A stretch of 64,000 nucleotides of DNA from an uncultured Candidatus Rokubacteria bacterium (GCA_963708025.1 CAVPSB010000016.1:1-64000); one strand, 5' to 3'; counted from the stretch's first letter, positions 11,901-21,485 are shown. Notes: generated from the sequence alone by a model not told the origin. Numbers and translations are program-made.

Positions 11901-12632
11901 GGACCGCGCGTCGAAGGCGCGACAGTGGCCGTCCGGGGCGTAGATGCCGCCTTCCTGATAGCGGTAACCCTGCACGGACGGCACCACCACGCAGGCGCCG
12001 CCGGCGAGGCAGAGGTCGGACTGGTGGGTCAGCAGGCTCTGACACGCCTGGGCGACCGCCACCAGCGACGACGAGCAGGCGGTCTGCACGCCGACGCTGG
12101 GTCCCCGGAGATCGAGGAGGTACGCGGTGCGCGTGGCGAGGAAGTCCTTGTCGTTGCCGAGGATGATCTGGTACGCCTCGGGGTCCATCGCCGCCGCGAG
12201 TTGCTCGGCGCGCCCCCGGTCTACGCACAGGTTGTGCAGCAGATATGCGCTCGCCCGGCAGCCGGCGAAGACGCCGACGGCGCCCTCATAGGCGGCACCG
12301 TGATAACCAGCGTCCTCGAGGGCTTCCCAGGCGCACTCGAGCCACATGCGGTGTTGCGGGTCGAGGAGGCTCGCCTCGCGAGGCGTGAAGCCGAAGAAGG
12401 CGGCGTCGAACTGCTCGACGCCGTCCAGCACGCCGCGAGCGCGAACATAGTGCGGGTCGGCGAGCAGCGTGGGCGGGACGCCGGCCGTCTCCAGTTCCTC
12501 GGCGGAGAACCGGCGGATGGCCTCGCGCCCGGCGCGCAGGAGGTCCCAGAACGCGGCCACGCTCGGCGCGCCGGGAAAGCGGCACGCCATCCCGATGATG
12601 GCGACGCCGCCGATCGCCTCGTGGTCGCTCAC
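8949..12632 (-). CDS. Type I PKS module PKS1: KS-AT(inactive)-DH-ACP
   Basis: KS VQTACSSS/HGTAT/NLGH; AT GLGQG instead of GHSxG; DH HRLFGTVVVA; ACP LGLDS; GTG start overlaps the stop of the upstream A2-T gene. Confidence 0.9.
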   Translation of the reverse strand: MSDHEAIGGVAIIGMACRFPGAPSVAAFWDLLRAGREAIRRFSAEELETAGVPPTLLADPHYVRARGVLDGVEQFDAAFFGFTPREASLLDPQHRMWLECAWEALEDAGYHGAAYEGAVGVFAGCRASAYLLHNLCVDRGRAEQLAAAMDPEAYQIILGNDKDFLATRTAYLLDLRGPSVGVQTACSSSLVAVAQACQSLLTHQSDLCLAGGACVVVPSVQGYRYQEGGIYAPDGHCRAFDARSRGTVLSDGVGVVVLKRLEDAVAAGDAVYAVIQGWAINNDGAGKVSFTAPSARGQAEVVALAQAVAGVDPRSVTYVEAHGTATPLGDPIEIEGLTTAFRRATAATGFCGIGSVKTNLGHTDVAAGVAGLIKTALALQHRQIPPSLHFDAPNPAIDFENSPFFVVRTLSPWRADGAPRRAGVTSLGIGGTNCHVVLEEAPPPRPPSRQPERPRHVLALSARSETALRELARRYADHLATGPGLLADVCFTANTGRAPFEHRLAIDAGSIEDLHERLAAFAGETAGRAQAGVEAAARPVIAFLFTGEGAHHAGVGRELRATQPVFRATLDRCDALSGAGRDRSELGARDPGLGRPPASPEAALFALHVALAELWRAWGVEPDVALGLGQGELAAACVAGVIGLEDGLRLVAARGRDAFERAAGKVRLGRPRVDLVSPVTGALVGTQIATPTYWRDHVGDPARVADALRALRVRGVTLVVEIGPDSILREMARERVPDVADGWLPSLCRDEPDWEPLLRSLGTLYVRGVPVDWRGFDAPYERRRLHLPTYPFERQRHWVDPPVATTTPVETPARPLLGRRLSLPFSSEIRFEATLSPRAVPHLGDHRLFGTVVVAASSDLTLFLSAVEAAFGPRACVLEELCFLRPLVLPGDGARTIQVVLAPEDDGAYSLRLVSRADGPEPHDADAWTLHVTGRLRLPDAPPRAAVDLDALRRRCTLPMSGSAFYELAWAPGANTGSAFRWIETIWQGDNEAVARTAPPPLAEVADLYPLAPGAIEACFQTLFFGGAFETLALAEGGVAYVPFTIGRFAFFERPGDHQLWCHGQARARYAVDAPSKAGDALLFDEAGRVVAEIAGFEVRQLRRQTYLGALPTGTRPRLLDRLAHRGAPPADAVRRSSHKTPYLERAKGGDPRGQLIEYLRESVAQMVGLPAAEVRDDTAFLDLGLDSIGALVLANRIRADLGISVSMATVIAAVNLPGLAAAIAVA

Positions 12633-14608
12633 CGCCTGCGCTTCTTGCTGCGGAACCGCGCCGCGGCGGCGATCTGCTGCTTGGCGCGCGCCGGCAGCGT
12701 GGCCAGCGGATCGGGTGGCGCGTCGCCCGGGTCGAGCGCTCGGGCCAGGGCGGCGATCGTCGCGTGCTCGAGCAGCGCCGAGACGGGCACGACGATGCCG
12801 AGCCGGTCCTGCAGCCTGGCATGCACCCGGCCGACACGCAGCGAGTCGCCGCCAAGGTCGAGGAACGCGTCGTGCACGCCGACCTGGTCGACGCTCAGCA
12901 CCTCCGCCCAGACGTCTGCGAGCAGATGCTCGAGCCGGGTGCGCGGCGCGACGAACTCGGCATCGAGCCGAGGCCGTCCGGGCGACGGCGGAGGCAGCGC
13001 CGCCCGGTCCAGCTTGCCGTTGTCGGTGAGCGGCAGGCGGTCCAGCATCACGAACGTGGTGGGCACCATCGCGTCGGACAGGGACGCCGCCAGGTGTCGG
13101 CGGAGCGTGCTCACGGTGGGCCTGGGCGTGTCGTGGGGCACGACGTAGCCCACGAGCCGCGGATCGTCCGACTCCGGCGCGTGCACGCGGGCGGCGGCCT
13201 CGCGGACGCCCGTGGCGGAGAGCAGGACGGCCTCGACCTCGGCTAGATCCACCCACTGCCCCCGGATCTTCTGTCGGGCATCGCGACGGCCGAGGTGATC
13301 GAGGCGGCCATCCGGCCCCAGACGCCCCAGGTCGCCCGTGCGATAGGTGCGCAGGTCGGGCTCCTCCGAGTCTGAGGTGAACGCGTGCACCGTGAGGTCG
13401 GGGCGGCCCCAGTAGCCGACGGCGAGGTATCGGCTCTGGACGGCGATCTCGCCCACCTCGCCGATCGCCACCGGCTGGCCCGCCTCGTCCAGCACCCGCA
13501 CCTCCATGTCCTCCACCGGGTAGCCGACGGGCACGACGCCGGCCGCCGGCGGCATCGTGCGCTGGATGACGAACTGCCGGACCAGCCCACACTCGGTGGC
13601 CCCCAGCCCGTTCACGAGAAGACAGCCGTCCTCGAACCGCTCACGGAACAAGACCCAGTCGCGCCGTGACATCTGGTCCCCCTCCAGCCGGATCAGGCGG
13701 AGGTCGGGAAAACTGTCGGCGCCGGTCGCCGCCAGACGGAAGAGGGCGGGCACGGAGTGGTAGATGGTGAGGTGCTCCCGGACCAGCCACGGGCCGAGCC
13801 CCGCCACTCCTTGCCGCCGCAGGTCGTACGGGAAGATCGCTGCCCCGTTGAGCAGCGCGCCGAAGAGACTCGACACCGCCCCGCTGAACCCCGGCGACTG
13901 CACAAGCGTGACGCGGTCGTCCCGGTCGATGCCCAGGCTGTTCGTGTACCGCATCACGTTGTGCAAGACGTTCCGGTGCGAGTCAACCACGCCCTTTGGG
14001 CGCCCCGTCGAGCCGGATGTGTAGTAGATGGACGCGAAGGCATCCGGCCTGACGACGAGCCCGGGGCGATCCTCCGGCCCGTCGCCGTCGAGGATCCGGT
14101 CCACGCGCAGCACGTCGGAGGCGCGCGCGACGGCGTCGGCCAAGGTCGCCCCAGCCGCATCCGCGAGGACGAGGACGGCTTGCGCCTCCTCCAGCACGGC
14201 GGCGACGTGCGCGGGTGCGTACGTCGTCTCCAGCGGGACGTAGGGCGCGCCCGACTTCAGCACGCCGAGGATGCCCGCGACGAGCGCTCCGCTCTGCTCG
14301 ACCAGCAGGACGATCGGCCGAGTATCCACCCCGCGCCGCTCGAGCAGCGCGTGGGCCACCCGGTTGGCGGCGCCATCGAGCTCCGCGTAGGTCCAGGCGT
14401 CGTCGCCCATCCTGACGGCCAGCCGACTCGAATACGCCTCGACCTGTTGCTCGAATCGGGCCGGGACCGACTGTTCGATCGCGCTTCGATCGAACAGGAC
14501 AAAGGCGCCTCGCGGCGCGGGACGTGGCCGAGCCATTGCGCCCATGGGGCTACGAGGATGCACCAGGCGCGGTCGCGCGATGAAGCGGTGGGTCCGCGGC
14601 GGCGCCAT
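12629..14608 (-). CDS. Standalone adenylation-thiolation protein A2-T (start may be 14536)
   Basis: YTSGSTGRPKG, YRTGDLG, PLTDNGKLDR, LGGDSL; clear paralog of A1-T. Confidence 0.9.
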   Translation of the reverse strand: MAPPRTHRFIARPRLVHPRSPMGAMARPRPAPRGAFVLFDRSAIEQSVPARFEQQVEAYSSRLAVRMGDDAWTYAELDGAANRVAHALLERRGVDTRPIVLLVEQSGALVAGILGVLKSGAPYVPLETTYAPAHVAAVLEEAQAVLVLADAAGATLADAVARASDVLRVDRILDGDGPEDRPGLVVRPDAFASIYYTSGSTGRPKGVVDSHRNVLHNVMRYTNSLGIDRDDRVTLVQSPGFSGAVSSLFGALLNGAAIFPYDLRRQGVAGLGPWLVREHLTIYHSVPALFRLAATGADSFPDLRLIRLEGDQMSRRDWVLFRERFEDGCLLVNGLGATECGLVRQFVIQRTMPPAAGVVPVGYPVEDMEVRVLDEAGQPVAIGEVGEIAVQSRYLAVGYWGRPDLTVHAFTSDSEEPDLRTYRTGDLGRLGPDGRLDHLGRRDARQKIRGQWVDLAEVEAVLLSATGVREAAARVHAPESDDPRLVGYVVPHDTPRPTVSTLRRHLAASLSDAMVPTTFVMLDRLPLTDNGKLDRAALPPPSPGRPRLDAEFVAPRTRLEHLLADVWAEVLSVDQVGVHDAFLDLGGDSLRVGRVHARLQDRLGIVVPVSALLEHATIAALARALDPGDAPPDPLATLPARAKQQIAAAARFRSKKRRR

Positions 14609-14821
14609 TGTTTCGCCGCGACGTCGATTCGTTCGTCGGTCGCAAAGCCGTTGACGGCGCGGTGATACGCGGGCCCGCACGCTTGCCAGCGTCACGTCCG
14701 TCGGGTGGTGGATCCTTCGCATGACCCTTGCGATCGCTCACTGTCTCGCACCTCTCACGACTCGACGCCGAGGCAGTCGAGCACGCGGCGGCATGATCCC
14801 CGATGGCGCGACCCGCGGCCG

Positions 14822-15583
14822 TCATGCGCCTCCTGCGGAGCCCGCGGTCAGGCATCGACACGGCCAGGACCACTGCCAGCACGCAAGGCTGCAGCAATCA
14901 CCTCCGACGGCGATCGCGGCGGCATACCCGGACCCGGGGCTCAGTGCTTCGAGCCGCCAGCGACGCGTGTCCCCCGGGTCTTCGTCGCTCCGCAGAAGCG
15001 CGGCGGACTCTCCGAGCGAAACCTCGAACTGGTCCAGTCGAAGCCGGAGCCCTTCCCCTCTGGCCTTCGCGTAGGCCTCCTTGCGGGTCCAGCAGGCAAA
15101 GAACGCCTCGGTCTGCCCGGCGGAAGGCAGCGAACGCAGCGCCGCGACCTCGCGCGGCGAAAAGAACTGCTCGGCGATCCCGTTCTCGAGCCGTGGGTCG
15201 ATCTTCTCGACGTCGATACCGACGTCCCGGCCGCGCGCCACCGCATAGAGCGCGAGCCCGTACGAGTGGGACAGATTGAAACGCAGGTCGGCCCCCGGGG
15301 CGTCCGCCAAGAACGGCTTCCCCTGCGGCCCGTATCCGAATCTCAACGCCGCCGGCTCTCGGCGGAGGTAGCGGCCAAGAATCATCCGGAGCGCGGCGCG
15401 GCCGGCGACGAACCGCGCGCGGTCTCGGTCGAAGCGGAAGCGATCCGCCCGCGCGCGTTCGTCCGGCGAGAGGGTGGCGCGGAAACTGTCGCCGCAACCT
15501 GGCTCGTGGTCCAGCCACGCGCGCCAAACGTGGACGTGATCCCGCTCGAGGACGAGTTGGGGCGGAGGGGTCTCCCACGGCAT
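14822..15583 (-). CDS. Sfp-type 4'-phosphopantetheinyl transferase
   Basis: GKP, FNLSHS, VGIDVE, WTRKEAYAKARGEG motifs. Confidence 0.93.
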   Translation of the reverse strand: MPWETPPPQLVLERDHVHVWRAWLDHEPGCGDSFRATLSPDERARADRFRFDRDRARFVAGRAALRMILGRYLRREPAALRFGYGPQGKPFLADAPGADLRFNLSHSYGLALYAVARGRDVGIDVEKIDPRLENGIAEQFFSPREVAALRSLPSAGQTEAFFACWTRKEAYAKARGEGLRLRLDQFEVSLGESAALLRSDEDPGDTRRWRLEALSPGSGYAAAIAVGGDCCSLACWQWSWPCRCLTAGSAGGA

Positions 15584-15697
15584 GCGGGGCGCCAAGTCTT
15601 CGGCGGGGTGCAGGTGTTCCCTCCAGGTCAGAACGGCGCGCACGGCACAGCACGACGGCGACAGGCCGAAACAGAGGAGCAGATCTCGTGCCAGCCG

Positions 15698-16118
15698 GAC
15701 CATCCGGAAGCAACGAGCACCTCCTCGTCGCGGAGGGCGGTTCGAACGGAGCACGCCCCGCCTCGCCCCCTGTGTGAACTCTGCTTGCTCAAGACTGGCA
15801 AGCGGATTCACAGGCCCGGGGCACGGCTGACCGGGATGTCGAGGCTCGCCTCCGACCGGCCGGCGTGGCGGTTCGTCGACGGCGTGAAGCAGCGAGGCTC
15901 CGGTGGGACGTCCGCGAAGGTGCGGGTTCCCTCGGCCAGAGCGCCGGTCGAGGCGGGGTCCGCCGCGATGATGGCATGTGGCTTGCTAGATAGACTACGG
16001 TATCGCTTGCGATTTCCGGCCGCACGACCGAGGACGAGCGCCCCGGTTGAATGCGGACCTCGGCTACGGCGATGGCTGAACGCTCAACCACTCGCACGGA
16101 TCGCAGCGGGGCGGAACC
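15698..16118 (+). repeat. ~400 bp non-coding regulatory cassette, copy 1 (upstream of NRPS)
   Basis: Direct repeat of 23886-24281 with long identical blocks such as TGTGAACTCTGCTTGCTCAAGACTGGCA. Confidence 0.92.
15972..15987 (+). promoter_or_regulatory. Sigma54 (-24/-12) promoter
   Basis: TGGCATGTGGCTTGCT (GG-N10-GC), identical in the second cassette copy. Confidence 0.75.
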
Positions 16119-16260
16119 CAGCCGAGGTCGGGATCTTCGCGCCCGGCGCCTACCGCCGTATGGGAAGCAGGTCGATGCGGCTGCGAAACGGTCAGTCGTT
16201 CCGCTGATCGTCGACGACACTGCGCTTCGGCCCGTCGCGAGAATGGCGGTCTAACCAGGA

Positions 16261-19200
16261 GTGCGCATGGACGTCCAGGACCTCCGGCGGGAGATCTCGA
16301 AGCTCACTCCAGGCGAACGTCGCATCCTCGAGGAACGACTTCTGCGCGCGGACCCGGCTCCACGTCACGACCTGCACATTCCGCGCCGCGGCAGCTCGAC
16401 CCCCTGCCCACTCTCGTTCGCGCAGCACCGGCTCTGGTTTCTCGACCAGTACGAGCCGCAGAGCGGTGTCTACAACATCCCGGTGGCCGTGCGCCTCCAG
16501 GGCGCCCTCGACGTCAACGCCCTCCGCCGGGCGCTCGAGGCCGTCGTGGCCCGCCACGAGGTCCTCCACACCACGTTAGTGGCGCCAGACGGCGTTCCCG
16601 TCCAGGTGATCAGCGCGCCGAGCCCCTTCGACCTTCCTGTTATCGACATCGAGACCTACCCCGAGGCGGAGCGCGACGCCGCCATGCGCCTCCTGGTGAA
16701 CCAAGAAGCCGACGGCCCTTTCGATTTCGAGCGCGATCTGATGCTACGGGCTCGGCTCTTCCGCTTCGGCGACACCGACCACGTGCTCCTCCTGGTCCTC
16801 CATCACATCGCCGCCGATGGCTGGTCTTTGGGCATTCTGGCGCGTGAGCTGAGTGTGCTGTATGGCACGTACGCCACCGGACAGCCCCATCCGTTGCCCG
16901 ATCTTCCGATCCAGTACGCCGACTATGCGGTCTGGCAGCGCCAGCAGCTCACGGGTCCTGCCCTCGAAGCCGGGCTCGCCTACTGGCGTGATCGGCTCGC
17001 CGGCGCCCCCGCGCTTCTCGAACTCCCCACCGATCGGCCTCGTCCCGCCGCGCAAACCTTCGAGGGCGCCACCGAGACGGTGACCTTGCCGTCGCCGCTC
17101 TTGGAGCAACTCAAGGCCCAGAGCCGTCGGGAGGGCGTCACCCTCTTCATGACGCTCCTGGCCGCCTTCAAGACCCTCCTGTACCGGTATGCCGGCCAGG
17201 AGGACATCGTTGTCGGCACTGCCATTGCCGGCCGAACCCGTACGGAAACCGAAGGGCTCATCGGCTTCTTCGTCAACACGCTGGTCCTCCGCACCGACCT
17301 GACTGGCGCCCCCACCTTCCGTGAACTGCTCCGGCGCGTCCGCGAGGTCGCCCTGGGCGCCTACGCTCACCAGGACCTGCCCTTCGAGACGCTCGTCGAA
17401 GCACTCCAGCCCGAGCGGAGCCTCGCCTACTCCCCTGTGTTCCAGACCATGTTCATCCTCCAGAATGCCCCCGGCAGCGCGCTGGCCCTCCCGGGTCTGA
17501 CCGTGACGCCCGTCGAGCTGGACCGGCGGACCGCCAAGTTCGACCTGAGCCTCTCCGTCGAGGAGACCCCCCGCGGCCTCCGGGCCGAGCTCGAGTACAG
17601 CCGCGACCTCTTCGACGCGCCCACGGTCACGCGCATGTTGCGACATTTCGAGACCCTGCTCGCCGGAGCTGTGACCGAGCCGGATCGGCGCGTCTCCCAT
17701 CTTCCACTCCTAGAGGCCGCCGAGCGCCGCCAGGTTCTCGTGGAATGGAACCTGACCCGCGTCGACAACCCCCGCGATGTCGGCCTGCATCAGTTGTTCG
17801 AGGTCCAGGTGGAACGCACCCCCGACGCCGTGGCCATGGAATGCGCGGGCATGCGCCTCACCTACCGGGAGCTCAACCGGGAGGCTAACCGGCTCGCCCA
17901 CTACCTGCGGGGCCTGGGTGTGGGTCCCGACGTTCCGGTGGGAATCTGCCTGGAACGCTCCCTCGACGCCGTCGTGGGGATTCTCGGGATCCTGAAGGCC
18001 GGGGGCGCCTACCTGCCCCTGGATCCGGCCTACCCAAGGGACCGACTCGAGCTCATGCTGGAGGACGCCCGGCCTCCCGTCCTCGTGACCCAGGAGGCCT
18101 GTCGGCCCGAGCTTCCATCCACCCACGCCGCCGTAGTCTGCCTCGACGCCGACCGCGAGGCCATCGGTCGCCAGCCGGACCGGAATCCCACGGGTGGCCC
18201 GACCCCCGCAAACGCCGCCTATGTCCTCTACACTTCCGGATCAACAGGGCGCCCCAAGGGCGTGGTGGGACTTCACCGCGGGGCGGTGAATCGCTGCGCT
18301 TGGATGTGGCGGACCTTTCCCTTCGCTCCTTCGGAGGTGTGCTGCCAAAAGACTTCCCTGAGCTTCGTCGATTCTGTCTGGGAGCTCTTCGGACCGCTGC
18401 TTCAGGGCATCCGCACCGTCATCATTCCCGACGAGGTGGTGAAGGATCCCGGCCGGCTCCTCGAGACGCTCGCGGCGCATCACGTGAGCCGCATCGTCCT
18501 GGTACCGTCTCTCCTGCGGGTCCTCCTGGGGGCGTTCCGCGACCTCGCCCGACGCGTTCCGGACCTCCGCTTGTGGGTCACCAGCGGTGAGGCGCTGACC
18601 AAGGAGCTGTGCGACCGTTTCTACGCGAGCGTGCCCGACCGTATCCTGCTCAACCTTTATGGATCCTCGGAAGCCTCGGGAGACAGCACTTGGCACGACA
18701 CGCGGGCCAGCGCGGCGCGCCCCGACCCGCCCATCGGCCGCCCCATCGACAACACGCGGATCTATGTCCTCGACGCGTATCTCCAGCCGAGTCCGGTGGG
18801 AGTTCCGGGGGAGCTCTACATCGGCGGCGACGGACTGGCTCAGGGTTACCTCCACCAGCCGGACCTGACGGCTGCTCGCTTCATCCGCGACCCGTTCGCC
18901 GACATTCCTACCTCCAGGCTCTACCGCACCGGCGACCGCGCCCGATACCGGCCCGACGGGAACCTCGAGTATCTCGGCCGCACGGACCACCAAGTGAAGG
19001 TTCGGGGCTTCCGGATCGAGCTGGGCGAAATCGAAGCGGTCCTGGCGCAACATCCCGCGGTCAAGGAGAGTGTCGTGGTGACCTCTGATCACCAACGTGG
19101 CGGTCCCCAACTGATCGCCTACCTGGTCAGCCTGCCCGACACCCGACTCGAGATCGAGGACCTGCAACGGGTCCTGAGGCAGAAGCTGCCGGAACACATG

Positions 19201-19710
19201 ATCCCATCCGACTTCATCGTCCTCGACGCGTTCCCGCTCACGCCGACTGGCAAGCTGGCCCGCAATCGGCTGCCGTTGCCCGCCCCGTGGTCCCGTGGCC
19301 GCAGCGAGTCTCGAGCCCCGGCCAGTCGGATGGAGATCGCTCTGGCCGACATCTGGAAGGACGTGCTCGGGGTCACGGACGTGGGTGCCTATGACCGCTT
19401 CTTCGACCTCGGCGGGCACTCGCTCCAGTCCATGCAGGTGATCGCGCGGATCGAAGCCCATCACGGGCTCAGACTGTCGCCCCGCGACCTGCTGACCCAG
19501 AATCTCGCCCAGCTCGCGGCACTCTGCGACGAGCACCTGGGACAGCCCGCTGCCCCGGCGAGACCCGCAACCGCTCCCCGGGACGGTCTGCTGCGCACGG
19601 TGGCCAGGCTCGTCGGGGCCCAGTTCCGGCGCGGGCCGGCACCGTCCGCCCGACGCAGTGGTACGGTGGGCGGCGACGAGCCCGCACCTCCGGTCGAAGG
19701 CCATGAATGA
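16261..19710 (+). CDS. NRPS module C-A-T, predicted beta-alanine-activating
   Basis: C HHIAADG; A4 SFVDSVW, NLYGSSE, YRTGD; T LGGHSL; no TE domain. Confidence 0.93.
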   Translation: MRMDVQDLRREISKLTPGERRILEERLLRADPAPRHDLHIPRRGSSTPCPLSFAQHRLWFLDQYEPQSGVYNIPVAVRLQGALDVNALRRALEAVVARHEVLHTTLVAPDGVPVQVISAPSPFDLPVIDIETYPEAERDAAMRLLVNQEADGPFDFERDLMLRARLFRFGDTDHVLLLVLHHIAADGWSLGILARELSVLYGTYATGQPHPLPDLPIQYADYAVWQRQQLTGPALEAGLAYWRDRLAGAPALLELPTDRPRPAAQTFEGATETVTLPSPLLEQLKAQSRREGVTLFMTLLAAFKTLLYRYAGQEDIVVGTAIAGRTRTETEGLIGFFVNTLVLRTDLTGAPTFRELLRRVREVALGAYAHQDLPFETLVEALQPERSLAYSPVFQTMFILQNAPGSALALPGLTVTPVELDRRTAKFDLSLSVEETPRGLRAELEYSRDLFDAPTVTRMLRHFETLLAGAVTEPDRRVSHLPLLEAAERRQVLVEWNLTRVDNPRDVGLHQLFEVQVERTPDAVAMECAGMRLTYRELNREANRLAHYLRGLGVGPDVPVGICLERSLDAVVGILGILKAGGAYLPLDPAYPRDRLELMLEDARPPVLVTQEACRPELPSTHAAVVCLDADREAIGRQPDRNPTGGPTPANAAYVLYTSGSTGRPKGVVGLHRGAVNRCAWMWRTFPFAPSEVCCQKTSLSFVDSVWELFGPLLQGIRTVIIPDEVVKDPGRLLETLAAHHVSRIVLVPSLLRVLLGAFRDLARRVPDLRLWVTSGEALTKELCDRFYASVPDRILLNLYGSSEASGDSTWHDTRASAARPDPPIGRPIDNTRIYVLDAYLQPSPVGVPGELYIGGDGLAQGYLHQPDLTAARFIRDPFADIPTSRLYRTGDRARYRPDGNLEYLGRTDHQVKVRGFRIELGEIEAVLAQHPAVKESVVVTSDHQRGGPQLIAYLVSLPDTRLEIEDLQRVLRQKLPEHMIPSDFIVLDAFPLTPTGKLARNRLPLPAPWSRGRSESRAPASRMEIALADIWKDVLGVTDVGAYDRFFDLGGHSLQSMQVIARIEAHHGLRLSPRDLLTQNLAQLAALCDEHLGQPAAPARPATAPRDGLLRTVARLVGAQFRRGPAPSARRSGTVGGDEPAPPVEGHE

Positions 19711-20518
19711 CTCCCCTGGCGCTGACCACGCCTTCTACTTCCCCGAATCGGGCGGTCCGCTCTTCGGCTGCTACCACGCGCCGTTGCGGCCAAACGCTGA
19801 GGCCGCCACGGTCGTGCTCTGCCAGCCGGTCGGACATGAATACATCCGCGCTCATCGGACCTTCCGGCAGCTTGCAATCGCGCTGGCGCGCGCCGGGTTC
19901 GCCGTGCTCCGCTTCGACTACTCGGGAACGGGAGATTCCGCCGGTGACCCGGCTGACGGGGGCATCCCCGAGTGGCTGCGGGACGTGCACGCCGCGAGCC
20001 GGGAAGGCCGGAGGCGGTCCGGTCGCGAGCGAACCTGCTTCGTGGGCGCCCGCCTGGGAGCCACGCTGGCGTTCCTCGCGGCGGCCCGCGAGGGGGTCGC
20101 TGACCGCGTGGTTCTGTGGGACCCCGTGATTCGCGGCCGAGATCATCTCCGCGAGCTGAGCGATACGCACCAGGCTCATCTGCGCCTCTTGCCCGGGTGG
20201 ACGCCGTCCGGCAACGGGTCTCCGGCAGCGGTGGAGTACATGGGGTTTCCGTACTCCACGGCCCTCCGGCAACAGATCGAGAAGCTCGATATCGCGACCT
20301 GGGCGAGTCCGTGTGCGCCACGTACCCTGTTGCTCGAGACCGAGCCGGCCGCGACATCACCCCGCCTGCTTGACCTGTGCGGAGCCGAGGCCGCGCAAAT
20401 GGCGTACCGGGCGGTTCCGGGCCCCCGGGTGTGGGCGCAGGGCGAGTTTCGCCTGCTGGTGCCCCATCCGAGCGTCTTCGACGAGATCGCGGCATGGCTC
20501 AGCGCGACTCCACGCTGA
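19703..20518 (+). CDS. Alpha/beta hydrolase, exosortase-A-associated hydrolase 2-like (GxRxG elbow)
   Basis: LRFDYSGTGDSAG, VGARLGA, VLWDPV; overlaps the NRPS stop. Confidence 0.8.
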   Translation: MNDSPGADHAFYFPESGGPLFGCYHAPLRPNAEAATVVLCQPVGHEYIRAHRTFRQLAIALARAGFAVLRFDYSGTGDSAGDPADGGIPEWLRDVHAASREGRRRSGRERTCFVGARLGATLAFLAAAREGVADRVVLWDPVIRGRDHLRELSDTHQAHLRLLPGWTPSGNGSPAAVEYMGFPYSTALRQQIEKLDIATWASPCAPRTLLLETEPAATSPRLLDLCGAEAAQMAYRAVPGPRVWAQGEFRLLVPHPSVFDEIAAWLSATPR

Positions 20519-21414
20519 GAGAGGTCGCCGTGCGGTTCGGCCGCGAAGACTCCCTCTGCGGCGTGGTGTCCTACCCGCCGGATCGGCGGGAGGACGCGCC
20601 GGGCGTTCTCCTGCTCAACGCCGGCATGGTCCATCGCGTCGGGCCGAATCGCTTCTACGTCAACCTGGCTCGCGCGCTCGCCGGACACGGTTTCCCGGTC
20701 CTCCGCTTCGACTTCTCAGGGATCGGAGACAGTGAGCCACGAACGGACAGCCTCCGCTTCGAGCGAAGCGCCGTCGAGGAGTCGCAGGCCGGGATGGACC
20801 TGCTCGGCGACATGGGGTTGAGCCGTCTGTTCGTGCTGGCGGGACTCTGCAATGGTGCGGAGATGTCCTTCAAGACTGCGTGCGCTGATCCCCGGGTGCT
20901 CGGCCTGGCGCTGATCAACCCCCAGCGATACCTGACGGAGCCAAGCCGGGAATTGGTCGCGCACGTGGAAGGCCGCACGGAGGCGGACTTCTACTGGCGC
21001 ACGGCGCGCTTCAAGCCCCAAAGCTGGTTCAAATTCGTCCGCGGCCGCTCCGACTACCGGGCGGTCTTCCGCGCGCTTGGCCGGAAGCTGGGCAGCCTCC
21101 TGGGCAACGACGAACGAGTCCCAGCCGAGCATCCGGATGCGGCGGCGTTCGCCCAGCTGTATCGGCGGGGTGTGAGGCTCCTCCTGCTCTTCTCGGAGGG
21201 CGACCCTGGGATGGCGTATCTGCGCACGATCGCCGGCGACCGCGTGGCGGCGTGGCGCGCGAGCGGACAGCTGGGTCTCGAGGTGATCCCGGGTGCCGAT
21301 CACACGCTGACGCCCCTTGCGAGCCAGGATCGCGTCCGGCAGTCGATCGTCAGATGGATTCTGACGGTGCCGCGTCGCCTTCCCGATCCGCAGACCCCGC
21401 TATCGCGCGCATGA
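20494..21414 (+). CDS. Alpha/beta hydrolase, exosortase-A-associated hydrolase 1-like (GxCxG elbow)
   Basis: HRVGPNR, LRFDFSGIGDS, GLCNGA, C-terminal GADHT. Confidence 0.8.
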   Translation: MAQRDSTLREVAVRFGREDSLCGVVSYPPDRREDAPGVLLLNAGMVHRVGPNRFYVNLARALAGHGFPVLRFDFSGIGDSEPRTDSLRFERSAVEESQAGMDLLGDMGLSRLFVLAGLCNGAEMSFKTACADPRVLGLALINPQRYLTEPSRELVAHVEGRTEADFYWRTARFKPQSWFKFVRGRSDYRAVFRALGRKLGSLLGNDERVPAEHPDAAAFAQLYRRGVRLLLLFSEGDPGMAYLRTIAGDRVAAWRASGQLGLEVIPGADHTLTPLASQDRVRQSIVRWILTVPRRLPDPQTPLSRA

Positions 21415-21485
21415 GGACATTGCGACCGAGCGGTCATGAGCGCCCCGGGGACCGCCTGGCCGTGTCCGTCCAGCGCCCACTCGAC

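Noticed and set aside
15584-15811. N-terminal extension of the PPTase ORF
   Set aside because: It runs into the duplicated non-coding cassette; family similarity begins near 15583
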